Positions 1-21,384 of a stretch of DNA of 64,000 bases are shown piece by piece (position 1 is the first letter of the stretch; every line of letters begins with the position of its first letter). Source of the stretch: the human T2T-CHM13v2.0 reference genome, Homo sapiens; the NCBI RefSeq assembly GCF_009914755.1, contig NC_060926.1; one strand, written 5' to 3'. The translations under genes and the position numbers were made by a program. The notes beneath the pieces are model-generated. The model was not told where the DNA came from. It saw nothing but the letters and a program-made list of their open reading frames with translations, and did no database searches.

Positions 1-24
1 AGGCGTGAGCCACCATACCCGGCC
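1..24 (-). mobile_element. Alu 5' end cut by window edge
   Basis: aggcgtgagccaccatacccggcc is the reverse complement of the Alu start. Confidence 0.8.
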
Positions 25-1256
25 TTAAACTACTTCTTAAAGGTATCAAGTATGTCTTCTACAAGGTCTGAGTACATTTCCTGCAGAATGATCTATGTCT
101 ACGAAGACTTAACCCTTCTAGACAATCACTCTGAAAAGCAGCTGGAGAGCCCTTTGTACAAAGTCAGAGGACCTGGGTTGGTGGCTCAGTAACCTTTACT
201 CTGTGATAAGAACAGATATCTCGTCATCATTAGAAAGTGTTTAGACAAGATTATAAGGACAAGAAAATGAAATAGTAAACGTAAATATTGGTAAAGGGGG
301 TATGCACATATCTCTCTTGCTGATGATAAAATTATATTTCTAGAAAAAAAGAGACTCATACAAATTCTAGAATGAATACACAAGATGACATGATTTTCTC
401 TACATTGGCAATAACCATCTAGAGCTAGAAATAAAAAATAAGAAATAGAAAATAGATTCAAAATAAGAAAAATAATTTAAAAAACAGGAACGAATTTAAC
501 AAAGAAGATACAGGTCTTACATGAATTAAATTAAACTAGGGTCACACTGAAAACTTTAAAATCTGAGAAGACACATTAAAAACATAAATTCTAAATGTGA
601 GAGACTTGTTATTATAAAAATATTAATTGTCTCAAAATGAGTATGTGTGTTTAATGCAATTAAAGTTAGAGTCCTAACTTTTGGAGGGTTTGAGGTTGAA
701 GGAAAGAGTCAATGAAGTGATCTTAAAGTTCATATGTGACAGAAAATGTCTGACAACAGCTATGACAGTCACAAAGGCTAATTTCTTACTGCTTGAAATC
801 TGTCAGGGAATTTTCTAACTGCTCTGTTTAGTTTCATTTAATGAACTCTCAAAACTGTTTGTGATAAATGCTGTCATCCTGAGTATACAGCTAGGTAAAC
901 TGAGATAAAGAACTGTTAAGTAACTTTAAGCCGGTATTCACTTTGACTCCAGAGTGTTGACTTACTTTTAACCAATTAACCATCAAGTTCATTGTCTCTA
1001 AGCTGAAGGGAGGAGAACTTGTCTTATAATATATTGAAATATACCATAAGGTCATTGTATCCAATAGTAATGACATATAACTAGATTAGCAGAGCATAAT
1101 AGAGAGTTGTGGAATAAAATATTAAATAAGAAAATTAATGTATGAAAAGATGGTTTTTCAGTTCAGTAAAAAAGTGCTTATTTTTTAAAATCTTGCTTGT
1201 ATAATTGTCAATCCAGAAGTAAAAGTTGGATCTTTATATAAAGAATTCCATGTAGA

Positions 1257-1660
<404 letters not shown>

Positions 1661-1708
1661 AGAATTCTAAGTAGATTTTTAAAGATTTTAACTTTTAAAA
1701 ACTCTTAG

Positions 1709-7900
<6,192 letters not shown>

Positions 7901-7914
7901 ATAAATCTTAGAAT

Positions 7915-9140
7915 AGAATTTAGGAAAACAAAATATCTAAGGATCGAGGAGATCTTTTAAGCCAGGATAGAATCCCTAGAAACTATACAAAAAAGATGCA
8001 CTTTCACTACATTTAAATATTTTTGTGTGGAAAAAGATGTCATAAAGCCTAAAGACATATTATAGACTTAGGAGAACATTAGTAATTCATAAAAAATAAT
8101 TATTAATATATAAAATATTCTTTTAAGTAATATTTTTAATGTAGATAAGAGCCCTTTGAAATTGATTTAAAATGCCTGATAGAAGGAAGTGAATGGGAAA
8201 TTCACAAAAGAATACATCCAAATGACCAATAAATGTGGGAAAGGATGCCCCATCTCCCAAATAGTTAGGAAAAAAGCAAATTTAAAATAAAGACAGAGAT
8301 AGTATTTCCCAAAAAGTCAGGTTGACAAAAATAAAAAAGAATGATAATATCTATTGTTAATGAAGATATGGGGATGAGGGTCCTAGTACACTTTGCTGAT
8401 GGAACTGTGAATTTTACAACCTATTAGGAAAGAAATCTCAAAATATCAGAATTTAAAATGCTTATATTTTGACTAGCAAGTCCATATCTAGGAATCCATC
8501 CAATAAAAATAAAAGCACTGGCCCATAATAATATATGTACAAGATCGTTTGTTTCAATCCTGTTTATAGTGGAGAACCAAAAGTAAAGTAATTTCTCATC
8601 TAACAGGGATGGTTCAATAAACTGTAACACATTTCCTACCATTAAAATGGAGGGATTTCTGTTACGTAAAATTTGGAAAGCAGAGATATGAATAATAAAA
8701 TTTCATTTTTGTAAATGACAAAATATTTCATCATTTACAAAATTTCATAAACAACACACATGTACACATTATATTTTTAAAAATATCCACAAATTATATC
8801 TTTTCCATTTTTTTCCATTTTTATTTAATTAGGTAAACATAGATACACATATGGAAAGGTTCACACTTGACTGTTAATACGGATGTCTTTGAAGGTAGTG
8901 GTGTGGATGGAGGTAAGGAAAAAAGAAGTGGGATAAAAAGAAGTTTGTAATTAAAAAGCTACATGTATATTATGATCTACTTTATGGAAAATTACATGAG
9001 TGTGTATGCAGTAAAAGTATGAAAAGTTGGTGACCAAAATGTGAATAGTGGTTATCTTATTTCAGTGGAATTTCAGGGGATTTTTTTTCTTTCTTCTTAG
9101 ACTTTTCATTATCATTTGACTTTTTACAAAGATTTGCATT
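7915..9140 (+). mobile_element. Old L1M/L1ME 3' fragments (host of the Alu and L1PA; related fragments at ~400-770 and ~1000-1250)
   Basis: Degenerate ORF2-end and 3'UTR motifs (caaatgaccaataaatgtgggaaaggatg; accaaaatgtgaatagtggttatct). Confidence 0.6.
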
Positions 9141-11231
9141 ATTTAAGCAATCAGAAAGAAATTATAAAGCTATTTTCATCATAACAAAAATTCCATTGGT
9201 AAAAAATTTTTAATTAATTTACATAATGTGCAAAAATTAGAAAATTAGAACTCCTAAAGCAAGAAGTGGAAAAATTATTCCAATCTGAAGAAATAAAACC
9301 ATTCTCTGATGACTGCTGACATTTACGAAGCAACTCTCAAAGTGTCCCTGTACATTTTCCATGGAACAAAAATCTGAAGTCTATTTGAACTATGTGGCGG
9401 AAGTATTAATACCGTCCAACTACTGAGAGAAATGGAAACTGAAGGGATTGCTAATAGCTCATAAACAATAGGTTAGCGCCTAAATGACCCGTAAGTCAAC
9501 TGTGGGCATGAGGATGGCCCAGAACCACTTCCAAAACTGTGAATCCTGGATTTGACTTGCAGGTACACAGAGTCATACCGCAAAGTAGTCTTTGGGCTGG
9601 TCTGAAATGCAAATCACTGTCATGTTTATATTTAAAATGACCTTTTCTTTCAGGGCCACTCTGGAAAAGATGCTAACACCTACAGGTGAGATTTGTTCCC
9701 CAAGCATCAGAGCCTTTTCTGCTTACTGGTTTTGGCTTCCATGACTATTTCTAACTCCAGCTTCCATCAAAATGTATTTGTCTCATCCCCTCAGTACCTT
9801 GCTCATTTGGAGCTAATTAGTCAGATATATCAACCTCTTTCTCCTATCATCTTGGATAAAAATCTTATTTATATATTTGATTATATAAATATGTAATTTT
9901 TTATATTCACATATAAATTTTTATATTCATATTATATAAAATATATGTGACTTTATATATTTTATAACCTCTGGGCTTGATAATGGACTTGACACCCTGA
10001 ATCAGCAGCATGTCAACAGGCTTTTGTGGTGACATGGTTTACCCAGAAAAATGGACTGGAAAGTCCTCAGGACTGGAGGTCCGAAGTCAAGGGTTTTAGA
10101 ACATGTACTGTCATTAACTATGACATTTTTTTTTAAGCCACTTTTACCTCTTTTAGCTTTGATTTCCGCTCCTGTCAAATCTCTACCCTGCCTTTCTCTC
10201 CTAAGGGGTGAGAAACAAGTGGGATGTTCATAAGATCATAATCATTAAATAAAGGTCAATTATATTTTTCTCTGATTGCAGAAGTAAAAATGTTCTTTGC
10301 AGAAAAAATTTTAAATGCAAAATCCCTAAGATTGATAAAAATAACTGAGAAAAAATCACCCACAATCACAAGATCTGGAGATAACCTATGTTAACATTTT
10401 TATATGGACCCATTTGGTTTATTATCTCTGTGTGCATTTTTATAAACACTTATGTACACTTTAAAAATAAAATTCAGAGCATACTCAATGTATCATTATA
10501 TATCTGCTTTTTCATTTAATTGGTACTTAATACTTCAATGTCATTAAAAATTGTTCGACAACACTATTTTATTTTATTTTGTTTAAAAGGAATAAAAGAA
10601 TGGCCACTCCATAAGCCAACAATATTTTAGCCCTAGTCTAATTTAATAAATTATCCACTGTTGATGTTTAGATTACTTATAATTTTTTTGCCATCAAAAT
10701 GCAATGACATATTCTTGGTTAAACCAACCTCATTAAATTATAGCATTAACATCTCATTCATTTATGGTTTTCATATTTGATGTCAGAAAACTGAGAAATG
10801 TGTTAAAGTGTCCTACTACTGGTCATTTTTTTTTGTATTTATAATTTTTACTTTATATGTTCAGTTAATATTACTTGGTACATACTGACCCATGAGTGTT
10901 CAATTGAAATTGTCACTTTATAGTATTACAATATTTGTTCTGGTTATTGATTTTGGGCTGGAATTTGACATTATCTAACAACCTCATAGTTATGAGCATT
11001 AACTGAGATATGACATGTCCTTAGGACTAAATTAATGTCAGCTATTGTATCTCATTTCTATTTTATTATTATGTCATTATTACATAACATATAGTGACCA
11101 TATTTTCTTTTTGTCTTCATTAGTTTGATATATCTTTGCCCAACCTTTTTTTTTTTTTTGAACTCCTCTAATACCTCATTTTAGGTGGTTAGTTTTAAAC
11201 AGAATGTGGTTGAATTCTGTATTAATTTTAA

Positions 11232-11361
11232 CCCATTTATGCCTGAGGTTGCAATTTTTTGAATTTTGGCAATCAGACATTGGCGATGACCTTTAGCAGC
11301 AGGATATAAATAACTCCCACATGCTTACCGTTCCAATAATGGAACACTAGGCATAAATGGG
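11232..11361. mobile_element. MER85 piggyBac (PGBD3-family) MITE
   Basis: 13-bp TIRs CCCATTTATGCCT / AGGCATAAATGGG, left TTAA 11228-11231, internal palindrome GTTCCAATAATGGAAC 11330-11345. Right flank is CTAT instead of TTAA. Confidence 0.93.
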
Positions 11362-14279
11362 CTATGTGAGAATTTTCTTATTTTTAACAAGAGCACTTAA
11401 TCCACTCACATGCATTGCTATATTTAATTTAGTTTTACTTCGTCATTTGTTTTATTATTATTGTCTTTGCTTGTGGTTTGCTATATAGTCTATTCCTCTT
11501 TTGCTCTTCTCTACTATTTTGGAAGGTATTTATATAGTTGTTCATGCTTATAGCAATTACCATTGAATTTATTGAAATTATTTTTGCACCCAGTGGTTCA
11601 CAACCTTGTTTTTACAACAACTGCCAGGTAGATAACCTCACATTCACTACAAGCTCCTCCCGCTGTGGGCTACTGTGCTAATAGAATGAGCTCTGCTTTA
11701 TGCACAGTTCCCACTTGCACTATCTCCAATTTCACCGTTTTTCACTTGCACCAATCACAATTCACAATGAATGCATGAAACTGCCATTGAAACCTAATTT
11801 TTGTTGTCTGGAGTAAAAGTTAAGCTTTTGAAATTTCCATGTCAAGATAAGGCATTGAACATACTTTAATTGAATCTCTCAAGTCGACAGTGACAGGCTT
11901 TCTTTGTTAACTCAGGAAAGTCTTCCAAAATATACTTTCAGTTGTCATTTTTGTTCCTTCCATTCGCTTTTGTGTCCATCAATTATCTGTGTGTTGGCGC
12001 TTCTGTGTCTCATTTCCATATACTATTTTCTTTCATATCACTACATGATGTGCTTTAACTGTGACATCCATGTATCATCCATGTTCCATGGTATCAACTA
12101 TGCCCAACATGGATTTAATTCTACTCCTGTTTCTTTCTTTCTCACCATAGAATCCTTTCCTATCCTAGTCACAACCTCTCTCTTTTCACATCATTCTTTA
12201 AAATTTTTCATTTTAACCCATTTGCTCCTTTTAGTTTTCTGCTCCTATTTTAAACACACAGTTTCCTGGAAATCCTTCATAAGATGGAGTAGATCATTTT
12301 CAGAAGTATGTTGTTCTTCTAATTTTTAAGCTATGTTTGCCAGTCTCTTGTTACGTGGAATTTTTTTAGGTCCCAGGCATGTGTCTTTAGGTAATGTTTT
12401 CGTTAGAGGAAAGTGGGGTTGACTTCCTGACTTAGTTTTACTTGCCTGATATTGATGTAGATTTCACTCATGTTCTGGCACTTAAATTCCCAGTATTCTT
12501 AGGCTTTAATGCTGTGTGTGTTTGCCTTTTTGTCTTCTTATGTATTGTATCTAAAAGTCTGGAGAAGAAATTTTTATATCCAATTATAAACCTGAAGTCC
12601 TTATTACCAAAGTCAAGAGCATGAATTCCAGGCACTGTGGCAGAAAAAGGATATCTTCAGGGAGCTAAATCTCTTATCAGAATCCATAAAAGCAAAATTT
12701 AAAAGTCCAAATTCTCTTAATCATAGAGTTGGTCCTATTTCAAGGAGAAGCATAATTTAATTTTTAAAAAATGGTAGTCATTATTATGGTTACCAAGAAA
12801 AACAAATTAGATTTTAATATATGGTGTCCTCTTCATTTTTATGAGAATTAAATAAAAAGAATATACAAGTACTTTCCCTATTTCAACATACACTACAGTT
12901 TGTGGTTTTCTATATTTCCCTTTTTCATATTATTTTAATTCTTTGACTTTTAAAAAGTCTCATTGAGCTACTAATATGTTTAATGTCTATTATTCTCTAT
13001 TTTAACTTGAAGGAAATTGCTCAGACAATGGGACATCTACAGTTTTTTCCCTAGCTTATCTACATTTATCATCACCCTGGTCTTTAAAAATAGATGTAGC
13101 TTCATTTGCACATTTCTGATGAGCAACCAAGGTTTGAGACTATGAGTAATAGGTTGCTAAGTGTTCTAGGTATCAAGGCCTTTGTGATAGCTTTTTGATG
13201 TACAATACTGAAGAAATAACCATATAATCCCCGTTTTGTGAAAAAATATATCTATTCATCTCTAATACTTTTAAAAAGACAAGAAAAAATATACTAAAGT
13301 ATCAACAGTGGTTGCAAATCTGGATGATAGAATTATGGATAAATATTTTTTTCTTTTTGTCCTTCTTCATTTTCCAAATTTCTTGTAATTAATTTGCATT
13401 ACTCGTATAATTTTTAAAAACACTCTTTTTTAACTGAACAAAGCTTTGATAATAAAGAAGTTAAACTAATGAATTAGTTTTTCCCACGTTTAGTTCTCAC
13501 TAACATTTATTTTCTAGGAGAAGATGAGGTAATATTGTAGATAAAAAGCTTTAGAATCAGTGTTCATTTTTTGTTCAATTACCAAAAATATTAAATTCAC
13601 AATAGGCATATGTGAAGAAGATTTTGCCACACAGACTCACACTGTGTTTTTAAATTTGAAGATTTAATAGACCAGAAAACTGCCATAGAAGTCTTTGAAG
13701 CTGAAATAAAATTGTCAACTTTTGATTTTGCTAAATAAGTATATATTAAATAAAGGTCCATAACCACCATACACATCATCATCATTTTATAAAACATAAA
13801 ACACTCCTCCCCATATGATTTGAAAGGATATATATTGTCAAAGAATAAAGAATGATCCTTTTTAAGTGAATTTTGACTTTGCAAAGATTCTCTCTATTAC
13901 TCTTTTATTTTGCTGCCAACTGGTAAAAACTTTATTAAGGATGGGTCCTGGCTGGTGTTTGAGACCTTCTGGACTAAGACTGAGACCACCTGGTGCTTGA
14001 GCAGAAAAAAGTCCCAATGGCCCATCTTATCTGGCCCCACAGAGACAGGGTAACTGTTGGAATAGGGGCAGCTGTTTAAAAAGGAAAGGTATAATCAGAG
14101 TTGGCATTATTTTCAGGGAGAAGACCTGCTATACCCAAGGCTTTTTAGATTCATCACAGGTTCTGTGGATAAAAATACAAAATAAAAGACATATTTAAAT
14201 CCCCATATAATAAATAACAGATCGTGGGAAAATAGTTTTCAAAGTCTAACACTGTGATAGATAACTAGCTGGAATCCAA

Positions 14280-14490
14280 CTCTTCTCACCCCTTGTACCA
14301 CTACCCTCCTTTGTAGCCTGGCTTGTCACCATCTTCCTCGTTCCCTGCTTTTGCCCTTGCTCACCAGAAGGTTACTCTCGACATGGCAGCCAGGGTGATC
14401 CTGTTGAAATCCAAGATGAATCATGCCATTCCTCTACCCAAAACCTTCCAATGGTTTCTCATTTCAAAATAAAAGCCAAAGCCTTTACAT
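14280..14490 (-). mobile_element. L2 fragment
   Basis: gcagccagggtgatcctgttgaaa...catgccattcctct...aaaaccttccaatggtttctcattt is typical L2 sequence. Confidence 0.65.
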
Positions 14491-15513
14491 TGTTCTACCC
14501 ACACCAAATTCATGAAGGGATGACACATAGAGTATGCAACCTATGCATGTTTGCTTGTTCTTTTTAAAAAGGTGGTCTTTACAGCTATAGACTCCTCTCT
14601 CCTGATTATGAGTACATCAGATTATCTTAAACAGTATTATTTGTCTTTTACATTATATTGTCTTTCAGAGTACTAAAATCCATATCCACTGTATAAAATA
14701 CATAAAACACAGCAAAAGCATAAGTAGAAAAATAAAAAGCCAGTCTTCATTTTACCCACTAAAGATAAGCATTGGTAACATTTTAATATATTTCCTTCCA
14801 GTTTTAAAAATTTAAAATCAGGATAAAGTTTGTATTCCGTAGTTTTCACTTAATGTATTTCCACATCATTAGTCTTCAAAAACACAATGCTGAATAAATG
14901 CATGGTACTGAATTATCTGGCTTGGTCAGATGAACCTATGAAGTCATTTCTCTGTCATGGACAGTTAGGTAGTTCCTGATTTCTAAGTATAGTATTTAAT
15001 TATCCTCGCCGATGGATATGAACAGAAAATAAGTAACCCCAAGTTCTGTAGCGTGTTGGCATCAGCACAGGGGCCTTGTGGAGGATCTGAGATTGTGGGT
15101 GCCTCACTGGGATTTGCTGTGAAGACGACAGGGGAAAGAACAGGGGCTGAAGAGGGACCTTGCGGTGGCTTTTCTGTTACTAAGGAATTTTGGTCAGGTC
15201 ATTACCGCCTCAACTGAATCATCAGTAATATTAAGAGTTGAATTAAATGTCATTAGAATTCCTTCTGTCTTAATTTTTCTGTTCTGTTGTCAGCCTATCT
15301 CATGCTAAAAATAAATTAGCCATCCATCAGAATACAGACGTTACAAAAGAAACCGTAACCCTTGGGATCTCATTTGTGCTTTTGTGGCTTTTTTGGCAAA
15401 TAAATCACTAGGTACTTGGAAGTTTTCGAACTTGGCAGAAGACAAATCAAAACACATGCCTAATTCTGTTTAAATGTCATGGTGTAGTGTCTGCTTAGAA
15501 AAAAAAAAAATTA

Positions 15514-15896
<383 letters not shown>

Positions 15897-16499
15897 TCAT
15901 TTTAGAAAAGTGAACATACAGCCTTCAGGGACAGAGGAAGACTGCACAATCCTGTAAAAGTGCGACCTATTAGAATTAGCGCAGATCCTGTTGTTAGGAA
16001 TCTTATAGTATGTGGAGAAAACCTGTTTTCATAAGGTAATATTTCTGTAATACTCTAGGTGAGAAGGATACTGTAAAGTAAATTGAGCAAGAATGTTGCT
16101 GTCTGGGGAGGTGAGATATTGTATGTTTGGTGATACATTTGGATTGTCAGTCAAGTGATATTTGGACTTGATAGACACATGTATGAAATTCAAGTACTCT
16201 ACACATTAATGTCAGCAGTAGAAACGTATGGTTGCGTGAAATGAAATATAGATGTTTCTTACACAGTGTCCAGTGAGATTAGTAAGATGAAAAATGGTTA
16301 AAAGCTTCAGGGTTTGAGGTGTCTTGTTTTGTGAGGTCTTTGGTATGATAGTAGTCATTTTATCCCCAGGGTCAAACCTAGCATGCTGACCTCAATATGT
16401 ACTTGAAGCATGTTTACTGACTGAAATCCAGAGTCCATCTTTATTTCTTCCTTACAATTTTCCTGCCTGTTAACAATCTTAAAGAAAAATATTCATAAA

Positions 16500-16765
16500 A
16501 TAATATTTATTGAGCACTTTCTGAGTGTCAGGCACCACACTAAGCCCTTAATTGAATTGTCATTTGGTCCCCACAACAGCCCTATAGTAATGGGCATAAT
16601 ACTATTACTATCCCCATTTTACACAGAAGATAAAGAGAGCAAGGTTCAGGGGAGGCTGGGTTTATGTAACTTGCCCAAAATCATGTTGCTAATAAATCTG
16701 AGGCAGGGTTTTAACCCCAGGTATCTGATCTGCAGACCCATGTACAGTTAAACATTATGCTATTA
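16500..16765 (-). mobile_element. MIR
   Basis: atttattgagcact...tatccccattttacacag...taacttgcccaaaatcatg is the MIR core. Confidence 0.75.
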
Positions 16766-17149
16766 CCCTTAAATTCTGTGTCCATCTTTTGGTTTTGATA
16801 TAGTGTTTTGTTTGCAGGGTTAGCAAATATGGCATCAGTTTACAGGCCAAGTGAAAACATTCAGGACATAATTTATTTTTTCAACCCAGATTACTACCAT
16901 ACCTTCCTGATGTCCTAACGTATGGTCACAGGAAGAGAATCTCGATGATAGTTTTAGTTTTTCAGCAAGTATTTATTATGTGAAGAAGTCCTAACATTTC
17001 TATAGGATGAAGGGCCCAAAGTTTCTACAGAACATTTCTTTCATTGATGCCCATATTTTACAAAATGGAGTAATTTTCATGATCTCTGAAAACTATTACT
17101 ATAATCCTTGAAGCACACCAAGAATGAAAGAAAGACATTATCCATTGTT

Positions 17150-17445
<296 letters not shown>

Positions 17446-19908
17446 GACATTATCATTGTTTACCTTACAGAGAAGTAACAGAAAATAAGAGAACTTAGTG
17501 AGAAAAAAGTAAACATTATAACTATAAACTCGATAGTGACAGTCTTGTTCATTAAAGATGAACATCCTTTTGAAAACAGATTCTTTCACTTGCACATATG
17601 ATGCGTTGAGAAACAGATTCAGAAACTGACTGTGAAGTGTTCAGGACACATAAGTCAAATATGAAATGAAGAGGAGGTGGTGGTGGGGGAAGAAGAAAAG
17701 GGACAGGTGAAACATTGCTTATTTCACTTCAGCACTTCATGCATGCAAGTTATACAGAGCTTAAAAGCACATGGATTTTTCTTACTTAGAAAAGGAAACC
17801 TTTTGGTCAACATCAGCAAAACGGTGATGAATAGGTTAAAAGGAGAAAACAAGTGCATGCTCTGGGACCGTGATTCTGTGGTTGGGCCTGACGGATTTAA
17901 ACCAGCTAAAAGGTCAGAGCCAAAATAAGTGCTATTCCCTAATGGAAACCTCCCTAAATTTCTAAAACACTGTGTACATGCCCTTCAAAATTTGATAAAG
18001 ATTCACTAACAAAACAGTTTTTCTTAATTGAATTTTCCATGTCTACTACACTTTCTGAAAAATAAAACTGTTTGTGTGACAAACCTTTTTTCCACTTGGC
18101 AAAAACAGAAACCTCTTGGTTTCTACTGGAAAAATTACAAATTATTAGCTTTATTTACTTTCCTATTTATCAAAGGCACTTGCCAACTATCTGAATTGCA
18201 ATGCACTATTAAGTGTATCTGCTACTGAGAAGAGAAGCATTTTAGATGTTTGCTGAGTGCTTTCACTGATTTCCTGTGGGTCGCAGGGCATCACTAGGAG
18301 GCAGGGGGAATTATCTCCATTTCTACAAGCGAAAAACAGAGGCCAAAAGGAAATTCTATTCATTTTGATGAAAAATCTCTCAACTTTTCAAAGAAACTTA
18401 TAAAATATAATGACAGGTTTTTTGTTTTTTTGTTTTGTTTTGTTTTTTGTTTTTTTTTTAAAGACAAGTGGGGAAGCCAGAGTGATGAGTTCCATTTGTA
18501 TAGCTAAGAAGAGAATGTCTCCTTCAGGCATTCACTCAGCAAATATCTACTGAACACCTACTATATCCAAGGCTCTGTGTTCGGTTTGTCTATTCCCACT
18601 CTTATCTCATGTAGTCTCCCTTCAAATAATTCAGAAACATAGATGCTATGAATTCACCAGTTCACACACGGGAAAATTGAGGATTTGTGAAATGAGGTGG
18701 CTTTGTTGGGGTCATATGCCTTGTTAAAGGCTGACCTGGAACTCAAACCAGGTCAAAGCCCCTCCAGAAGGCTTTCAGTAGTGTAGGGAGAAGTTTAAAC
18801 ATTTTAATGATCCTTCCTTAATGTTTTAGCTTGCATTAGATTTCTCTTACTCCAGTGGTACTTAGAATGTTTTCATTCTATTATTTCCCATGTCTATCCC
18901 TCAAAATGAATCCCACTGTTGGTTTTATGTGATCATTTTTTAACTCAACATGGTCAATTTTCTAAGCACTTCAAGTCTCCAAGGGTCCCATGATGGGGCT
19001 CCCTGGCAACTGCGTTGGGCAACTCACAACTGCAGGGTACTTGGTTTACTAATTACCTCCTTTGAGGGAATATCAACGCTCTAGCTAGTCTAAACAGTCC
19101 CTTAAGGCTGTTAGGTTTCTCAGGGGCCCCCATTCATTAAGAAAGGCCACAATATGCAAACTCCTGGTTTCCAATATGAGTTGTCACCTCCCACCTAGGA
19201 TCCAACCACTGCACCTTCCACAGGGCCCTGCATCAGATGCTGGCCGCACAGCAGCCTCAACCACTTGAGGAAACACTACTTCATGTCCCTATGGAAACAT
19301 GACCACAAAACCATTCCTCAGTCTGCACAAACATAGATTTGTGTTGATGTCAGTGCTAAGAAGAAAAGGTCTTCTTCAGGCCTTTATTCAACAATATTCA
19401 GGTTTCAGCTATGTGTCTGGCTCTGTGATCGGTGTTGGGAGGCATATGAAAGTTCCCAGGGAGGCTAAAGTCTTCAAAATAAGGGACATGGGAGGAGCTA
19501 GCACTGGGGAATAACATTTGTAAATGTCTTCTATATGCCTTGTGCTCGCACATATCATCTCATTCAAAGCCTACTGTAGCCCTAAGATAGCTATTATTCC
19601 TATTTTACGGGCAGGGCAACGGGCTGAGGGAAGCCAGACTCTAGCCTATCTGACATCCACGGGTATCTCTAACACACCATTTGGAGCTGGGTGTCATACT
19701 AATTCCAATCTGAAAGTCTGAAAAAGACTTTTCTTTTGTCTTTAAAGTGCTTTTTGTTTCGTGGTATACATGTATCCAAGATGGGGAATTTATTGGCCAC
19801 TTATAACTATATTGCCAAGGAGAAAATGCATGAATTTCAGTTGATACAACTGAAGTACCGTATCACTGAGTTTCTAAAATTTATAGCACTACATTGAATT
19901 ATATTTTA

Positions 19909-20224
19909 TTTTTAAATTTTTGTTTGTTTGTTTGTTTGTTTTGAGATCAAGCCTCCCTTTGTCATCCAGGCTGGAGTGCAGTGGCGCAGTCTCGTCTCAC
20001 TGCAACCTCTGCCTCCTGGGTTCAAGCGATTCCCCTGCCTCAGCCTCCTGAGTTGCCGGGATTACAGGTGGGTGACACCAGGCCCAGCGAATTTTTCTGT
20101 ATTTTTAGTAGAGACAAGGTTTCACCATGTTGCCCAGGCTGGTCTTGAACTCCTGAGCTCAGGTGATCCACTTGCTTCGGCCTCCCAAAGTGCTAGGATT
20201 ACAGGCATGAGCCACCACGGCCAG
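19909..20224 (-). mobile_element. AluS
   Basis: Full dimer with (TTTG)n tail. TSD tgaattatatttta at 19895 and 20225. Confidence 0.93.
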
Positions 20225-20559
20225 TGAATTATATTTTAAATATAAAATTTCAAATGTAGAATATTACATATAAAAAGCAAAAATATAGATTTTATATGCA
20301 TGCATGCAAGAGTCAGGTTTCAAAATTAATTTAAGATGGGAGTGATGTCATATCTGGGGTACAATGCCTTATCCTTTTCCTCTCTTCTACTTAACTTCTT
20401 ATCCCATTCTTTTTCAATTTAGAGATATAGTTAACATTTTAGGAAGACACGCATAACAAGTTTTAAAGTAAATATAAATTAAGAAGCAGAATATTAACAA
20501 TTTAAGAATATAATTTGCTTTTTCAGTTCTTGAATATTTCGGAGTATAACTTTTTTTCA

Positions 20560-21300
20560 AATGATCACAAATAAACAAGCTGTAGTATATCCTTACAATG
20601 GAACACTACTCAGTAACAAACAGAAATGAACACTTGATTCATGCAAAAATGTGGATGAATCTTGAAATAATTATGCAGAGTGAAAGAAGCCTGTTAAAAA
20701 GAAGTGCATGGGGCCGAGTGTGATGGCTCATGCCTGTAATCCCAACACTTCGGGAGGCTGAGGCATGAAGATCTTTTGAAGCCAGGAGTTAGAGACCAGC
20801 CTGGGCAACATAGTAAGACCCTATCTCTATGAAAATTAAAAATAAATAAAAAATTAACCAGGAATGGTGGTGCTCGCCTGTAGTGCCAGCTCTCAAGAGG
20901 CTGAGTGGGAGGAGTGCTTGAACCCAGGAGTTTGAGGCTGCAGTGAGCTCTGATTGCATTACTGCATTCAAGCCTGAGCAACAGGGAAAGACCCTATCTG
21001 TTAGAAAAAAAGAAAGGAGTGCATACTGTATGATTCTAATTGGATTGAGCTCTAGAAAATGCACCCTAATCTATGGTAAACAAGAGCAGATCAACGGCTG
21101 CCTGGGGCTGGCAGGCAGAGCACGGAGAGGTAGGAGGGAGGGATTAGGAAGGGACATGAGGAAACTTTCAAGGGTGCTGGATATTTTTATTATCTTGATT
21201 GTGATAATGGTTTCATGGGTATACACTTATGTCAAAACTTGTCAGATTGTACACTTTAAATATATATATATTGTATGTCATTATACCTCTGTAAGGTTGT
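20560..21300 (+). mobile_element. L1M 3' end interrupted by an AluJ (20712-21015, +)
   Basis: aataaacaagctgtagtatatcc...aatggaacactactcag resumes after the Alu. TSD-like gaagtgcat/ggagtgcat. Confidence 0.8.
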
Positions 21301-21384
21301 TAGAAATTATCATAAACTACATGTTTTTGGAGAAATAAAAAGACAAAATTTGGAGAAATTACCTACATGTATGTAACATTTGGG

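Noticed and set aside
11904-12329. 141-aa hydrophobic ORF
   Set aside because: T-rich low-complexity sequence with a non-ATG start; no family resemblance.
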